From: Planctomycetota bacterium
GTDB taxonomy: Bacteria > Planctomycetota > JAJSAM01 > JAJVHW01
Length of the DNA stretch: 64,000 nucleotides
Direction: 5' to 3'
Assembly (NCBI GenBank): GCA_965248445.1
Contig: CBDFJG010000003.1
Coordinates: 192,001-256,000, forward strand
The notes below the pieces were generated by a model. It saw only the letters and a list, made by a program, of their open reading frames with translations, did no database searches and was not told where the DNA came from. Both the position numbers and the translations under genes were made by a program. The number at the start of each line of letters is the position of its first letter. Position 1 is the stretch's first letter. Positions 60,091 to 64,000 of this stretch are shown in pieces.

Positions 60091-60185
60091 CGGGGTCGGC
60101 CTGAGGCATCTCGCTTCCGACGGTCGGCCACCGGCACTCGGCTGAGCTTGCGGCCACCGCCGCCGGCAGGAGTCCCGCGCCGCCC

Positions 60186-60315
60186 CTACTTGATGTGAGA
60201 CTCCGTCCGGTTCCGTTCAGGACCGGTACAGGCTCCGACGTTCCGCAAGCGCATCGCCAACGCGGGACAACGAAGCGCCTTCGCGAACTCCGCGTATGCA
60301 CAGGATGGGCACAAG
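60186..60315. repeat. Repeat A copy 1 (130 bp, att-arm-like)
   Basis: Ungapped match to 63511-63640 at 114 of 130 positions. Confidence 0.95.
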
Positions 60316-60316
60316 C

Positions 60317-60832
60317 TCAGGAACGCGCGTTGGCGCTCGGAGCAACGGAAGGCCGCTTGCGGCGCAGCAGGAACCAGGCCATGAAGACTCCGAACGCGGC
60401 AGCGACGAAGGCCAGCGGGATCGTTTTCGGTTCGTCCTCCACGAACATCATCGCCGTGAACCAGCAGGCGCCCATCCACAACGCAACCAAGACGAAGACG
60501 GCGGCTCGGCGACCTGCAGAGGCTTGTCCAACCACTCGTTCGAGCCGCTCTCGCGCGTTCTTGCCCTCTTCGTAGTAGCGCCAATCCCGGCAGATGCTCC
60601 AGTGCGCCCACGCGCCCAGTGCGACGGCGGAGACCGGCACGAGCCACCACATCTCGCTCCAGTATTCGGTCGTCGGGTCGCGCGAGATCATCGCAGCCCA
60701 AGCGAGGGGTGCGATTGCCGCCAGCGCGTAGCCGATGATGATCAGGCGTGTGAGGCCGAGACGCCGAAGGACCAGCCACACTCCTGGGGAAGTGATTCCG
60801 AACGGGCGGCGCTGTGGGGCGAGGAGACTCAC
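60317..60832 (-). CDS. Four-TM hypothetical membrane protein
   Basis: GTG 7 nt after TAGAAT. The stop abuts repeat A copy 1. Confidence 0.72.
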   Translation of the reverse strand: MSLLAPQRRPFGITSPGVWLVLRRLGLTRLIIIGYALAAIAPLAWAAMISRDPTTEYWSEMWWLVPVSAVALGAWAHWSICRDWRYYEEGKNARERLERVVGQASAGRRAAVFVLVALWMGACWFTAMMFVEDEPKTIPLAFVAAAFGVFMAWFLLRRKRPSVAPSANARS

Positions 60833-60914
60833 GGTACTGATTCTAACCGCTCGATCGGTTCCGCGGTTCCGGGGTGACCGCGCGCCACACCGGGCGCGCC
60901 ATACCGAGACCGTC

Positions 60915-61655
60915 TCAGCGGCGGCCGACGAACACGAACTCCTTGCCTGGCCGATCGGGTGCGTCGCGAACGTCGGCGATCTCGAAGCCGGCGCTGACCA
61001 ACGAGCGTTCGATGGCGGCTCGGGACCGGAATCGCAACGTCGACTCCGACGTCAGCCTGCGGCCGTCGCTCTCGAAGACGTAGACCGCATCGAACGTGAC
61101 GAACTCGCCGCGCACTGCGGTGACGTCGACCCACGTGTCGACGCGTTCCCCGTCCGGCATCGTCACCGTGCCGCGCGACGCCGCCTCCGTCCTCTCCTCC
61201 CAGTCACGTCGCGCCGGGTTGCGGGTCTCGAACACGAGATGACCTCCGGGGTGAATGCAGCGCGCCAACGCACCGAGTGTCTCCGACCAATCGTCGTCGG
61301 TCAGGAAGACCTGGGCCACGTTGCCGGTCATGGTCGCGAGGTCGACGCGGACCGGTGTCTCGAGCCGGGCAAGCGCAGTGGCGTCACCGTGCACCCAGCG
61401 CACGCGGTCGGCCGCCGGCTTCACCGCGGCCAGAGCGAGCGATGCGGCGGCCGGATCGAGCCCGGTCACCTCGATGCCGCGAATCGCCAATCGGCACACC
61501 AGCTCGCCGGTGCCGCAGCCGATGTCGAGCACGGATCGCGCGGCGAGCTCGTCGACGATCGACTCGTAGTGACTGAGGTCGTCGCGATGGCCTTCGGACG
61601 GGTCGTAGACGGCGGCCAGTCGCGGGTCGGAGAATGCCGTGTCGGCGGTCAGCAC
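60915..61655 (-). CDS. Class I SAM-dependent methyltransferase
   Basis: VLDIGCGTG, GLDP, WVHGDA, MTGNVAQVF and PGGHLVFETRNP. GTG 7 nt after TAGAGT. Confidence 0.92.
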   Translation of the reverse strand: MLTADTAFSDPRLAAVYDPSEGHRDDLSHYESIVDELAARSVLDIGCGTGELVCRLAIRGIEVTGLDPAAASLALAAVKPAADRVRWVHGDATALARLETPVRVDLATMTGNVAQVFLTDDDWSETLGALARCIHPGGHLVFETRNPARRDWEERTEAASRGTVTMPDGERVDTWVDVTAVRGEFVTFDAVYVFESDGRRLTSESTLRFRSRAAIERSLVSAGFEIADVRDAPDRPGKEFVFVGRR

Positions 61656-61706
61656 GCCCGCCACTCTACGGACGATACCGAGTGCGCTGAATTCCATCAC
61701 CGTGCG

Positions 61707-61741
61707 TGGACATACCGTGACCGGTGTCCGTTGCCACACGG
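61707..61741. repeat. Repeat B copy 1 (35 bp, imperfect palindrome)
   Basis: TGGACATACCGTGACCGGTGTCCGTTGCCACACGG is 33/35 identical to 63454-63488. A 13-bp partial copy lies at 60900-60912. Confidence 0.9.
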
Positions 61742-61786
61742 TGGAACACGGGACCCGCTGTCCGTTCAGTCATCTGCCGCAAGTGA

Positions 61787-61842
61787 CGCCCGAGCGCGGA
61801 GCCGGCCGAGTCGCTTGCGACCGGCCGGCTCCGCGCCGGGCG
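61787..61842. repeat. Long inverted repeat with two unpaired bases
   Basis: CGCCCG-a-GCGCGGAGCCGGCCG-a-GTCGC-tt-GCGAC-CGGCCGGCTCCGCGC-CGGGCG. Confidence 0.85.
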
Positions 61843-62078
61843 CATCCCTGCCGAGATCATGCGCGACCCGCCTCCTCCGCGGCAACGGCTCCATCGAGCG
61901 GTCGCACGCTGACCGATATCCAGTTGCGAGTAGCGAGCCAGTTGTCTGTGCGCGGAGACGCAAGCCAGTGGCGGATGCTCGGAAGGCCCTGCTCTAACAG
62001 GGGGGTAGGGATAGTGGAGAGGCAGTGAGGACGGCGAACGGGCGGGGCAACGTGACCGCGCGGTAGTGTGCTCGTGTC

Positions 62079-63422
62079 GTGACAACCGGCCGGAAGATCG
62101 TCGTTGCCTTGGTCGTGTTCGCCATCGCGGTGGCGACGGTGCTCGTCTTCGTCGTGGTGCACGTGCTCGGTTCCGTGCACGACGGAGAGCGCGGGCGGTT
62201 CGACGCGATCCTCTCCGACCTGGCCGCGCGTGGAGAGCCCGTGTTTCCCGGCGACCTGGCTGGACCGGCGGTGGAGCCGGGTGACGACGGTGCACCGCTG
62301 ATCCGCGAGGCGTGGGCTTGGCTCGACGAACACGCGCCGCCAGCCGAGGAGCGGCCGGGGACGTGGGAACTGGACCTTGACGCGTGGGGAGCGCTCTCGG
62401 ATGAGGAGCGCGCGCGGCACGCGGGGTTCGTGGGGTGGTTGCAGCCCTATCTGGACCTGGTTCGCGCGGGGACGGAACGGCCGGTGTTGCGTCTGTTCGA
62501 TCGACCGAAGGAGTTCGGTTTCGGAGAGCGGACCACGGAGACCGTCGAAGGCGTACAGTCGACGCATCGACTGCTCAGCGCGAGCGTCGTCGTGGCGGAC
62601 GACTCGGACTCCAGACTGCGTGCCATGCGAGCGCTCGGGCTGCTGGGCGCGCGACTGGAGCGGCACGAGAGTGCGGTGATCACCCTGATTGCGGTGGTCT
62701 TACAGCATGGGCCGCTCGAGCGCCTTCGCGAGCACGTCGAGCGCGATCTTGTCGATGCTGCATCCGCGGTCGAGGTTCTCGCGCCGGTGTTGCGCTCCGA
62801 CGTGCGGAGCCAGGTGCTCGCCGGGGTCCGGGCCAGCCGGGTGTCCGCCATCGGCATGCTGCGTACCACCGTGGGCGACGCGCCGGACACCTGGGGCCAC
62901 GACGGGCCAACGGTGGATGGCTGGACGGCCGCGCTGTCGCGCGATGCGGTGGCCGACTTCGCACTGGATGTGCAGGCGATTCTCGACGCGAACCCCGACA
63001 CATGGTCCGACCTGACTCGTCGGCTCAGCGGACTGTCCGACAGGGCGCGTCCGCGCTGGCGCACGCGCCCTTGGGAATTGAATCCCGGCCAGACGACTGC
63101 CGGCGCTTGCGCGGTTCTCCTCCCCAAGCTGGCGACGCAGGGCGCGCGCGCGTCGGCGCTGCAGTCGCTCGCCCGGCTCTCGCTCGCCGCGGTCGCGGCC
63201 TTCGACCGCACGGGCGTGTGGCCAGCGTCGCTCGACGAGATCGGCGTGCCGGACGGTGTACGGATCGATCCCTTCACCGATCGTCCGTTCGTGTTCGAGC
63301 GGCTTCCCGACGGCGTGCGCATCTCTTCCGCCGTGCCGGTGGATGCCGACGTATGGGGCTCGAAAGCCGTGGAGCAGAACTCACCCGCGGACGACGGTCT
63401 CGTCTGGACACTGCGGCGGTGA
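62079..63422 (+). CDS. Membrane-anchored helical protein with GspG-like C-terminal motif
   Basis: N-terminal TM helix and C-terminal G.WPASLDE......DPFT..PF.F......ISS...DDG. Confidence 0.75.
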   Translation: MTTGRKIVVALVVFAIAVATVLVFVVVHVLGSVHDGERGRFDAILSDLAARGEPVFPGDLAGPAVEPGDDGAPLIREAWAWLDEHAPPAEERPGTWELDLDAWGALSDEERARHAGFVGWLQPYLDLVRAGTERPVLRLFDRPKEFGFGERTTETVEGVQSTHRLLSASVVVADDSDSRLRAMRALGLLGARLERHESAVITLIAVVLQHGPLERLREHVERDLVDAASAVEVLAPVLRSDVRSQVLAGVRASRVSAIGMLRTTVGDAPDTWGHDGPTVDGWTAALSRDAVADFALDVQAILDANPDTWSDLTRRLSGLSDRARPRWRTRPWELNPGQTTAGACAVLLPKLATQGARASALQSLARLSLAAVAAFDRTGVWPASLDEIGVPDGVRIDPFTDRPFVFERLPDGVRISSAVPVDADVWGSKAVEQNSPADDGLVWTLRR

Positions 63423-63453
63423 GACGGCGTGACCGCGAGAGGTGTCGGACCCA

Positions 63454-63488
63454 TGGACATACCGAGACCGGTGTCCGTTGCCGCACGG
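63454..63488. repeat. Repeat B copy 2
   Basis: 33/35 identical to 61707-61741 and lies 22 bp left of repeat A copy 2. Confidence 0.9.
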
Positions 63489-63510
63489 AATAGTCGTCCG
63501 GCAACGCGGG

Positions 63511-63642
63511 CTACTTGATGTGGGACTCCGTCCCGTTCCGTGCTGGACCGGTACAGGCTCCGAGATTCCGCAAGCGCATCACCAACGCGGTACCACGAAG
63601 CGCCTCGGGGAACTCCGCGTAGGCACAAGTTAGGCACAAGTT
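63511..63642. repeat. Repeat A copy 2, ending in tandem 11-mers AGGCACAAGTT x2
   Basis: 114/130 identical to 60186-60315. The 11-mers are at 63621-63631 and 63632-63642. Confidence 0.95.
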
Positions 63643-63650
63643 GGCCGGTG

Positions 63651-63995
63651 CTAGGCGGCGGCGCGGTGGCGCGCGACGAGCCAGCGCCATGCTGCACGAA
63701 GCGTTCGGAGCAGCCACGTCGTTCCCTGAAGGCTCCACCAGTAGAGCCCCAGGGGAACGAGCAGGAGCGCGGTCGCTGCGAGAGCCAGCCGAACGCCGTC
63801 TTCGACTGTGCCGAGAAGCGCACCAGCGACCACGCCGACGAGGACGGAGACGGCGAACGACATGACGACTGCGATCGGGATCTCGGTGATGAGCGGCCAG
63901 TTGAGGCGTTGCCGCGCACCGTGCGTCAGCAGGGTGGACGGGAACAGTACGAGGATGACCGAGGCGGCACTGCCTACGAGTGCGAGGAGCAGCAT
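63651..63995 (-). CDS. Membrane protein (may extend beyond the window)
   Basis: Three hydrophobic helices. The frame is open to the window edge and the stop is 8 nt from repeat A copy 2. Confidence 0.6.
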   Translation of the reverse strand: MLLLALVGSAASVILVLFPSTLLTHGARQRLNWPLITEIPIAVVMSFAVSVLVGVVAGALLGTVEDGVRLALAATALLLVPLGLYWWSLQGTTWLLRTLRAAWRWLVARHRAAA

Positions 63996-64000
63996 GAACG

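Noticed and set aside
60186..60315. Conserved peptide CAYAEF...TESHIK* encoded by repeat A on the minus strand
   Set aside because: Only 6 of the 16 differences between copies fall at third codon positions and there is no shared start, so it looks non-coding.
60186..63642. CRISPR array or classical integron
   Set aside because: The repeats are too long and too far apart for CRISPR and there are no cas genes. There are no paired attC core boxes and no intI in the window.

Overview
High-GC (roughly 70% by eye) diderm bacterial DNA. It is most likely from a Planctomycetota genome, judged from an ECF sigma/Ser-Thr kinase pair, DUF1579, a pilin-like protein, a GspG-like-tail protein and LpxL. The left part holds three tandem paralogous secreted IPT/TIG + FG-GAP proteins. 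Two of them are missing from the ORF track because a 1-nt frameshift fuses them into one frame that runs off the window. Next come a porin-cytochrome locus with a 14-CxxCH MtrA/DmsE-type cytochrome and an MtrB-like barrel, a large TPR lipoprotein, a candidate structured ncRNA and an SLC13 transporter. The middle holds a 1500-bp single-ORF IS66 with no target duplication beside a 5'-truncated heme peroxidase, an OmpR-type two-component operon with a shared direct-repeat box, a small Cys-rich lipoprotein whose TGA may be selenocysteine, and a kinase-ECF pair. The right part is a patchwork of small accessory genes and gene relics. It ends in integrase-free modules delimited by two families of non-coding repeats (130 bp and 35 bp) that look like recombination-site arms. 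Many genes appear leaderless. No rRNA, tRNA or CRISPR array was recognised. All family calls come from motifs read by eye, not from database searches.
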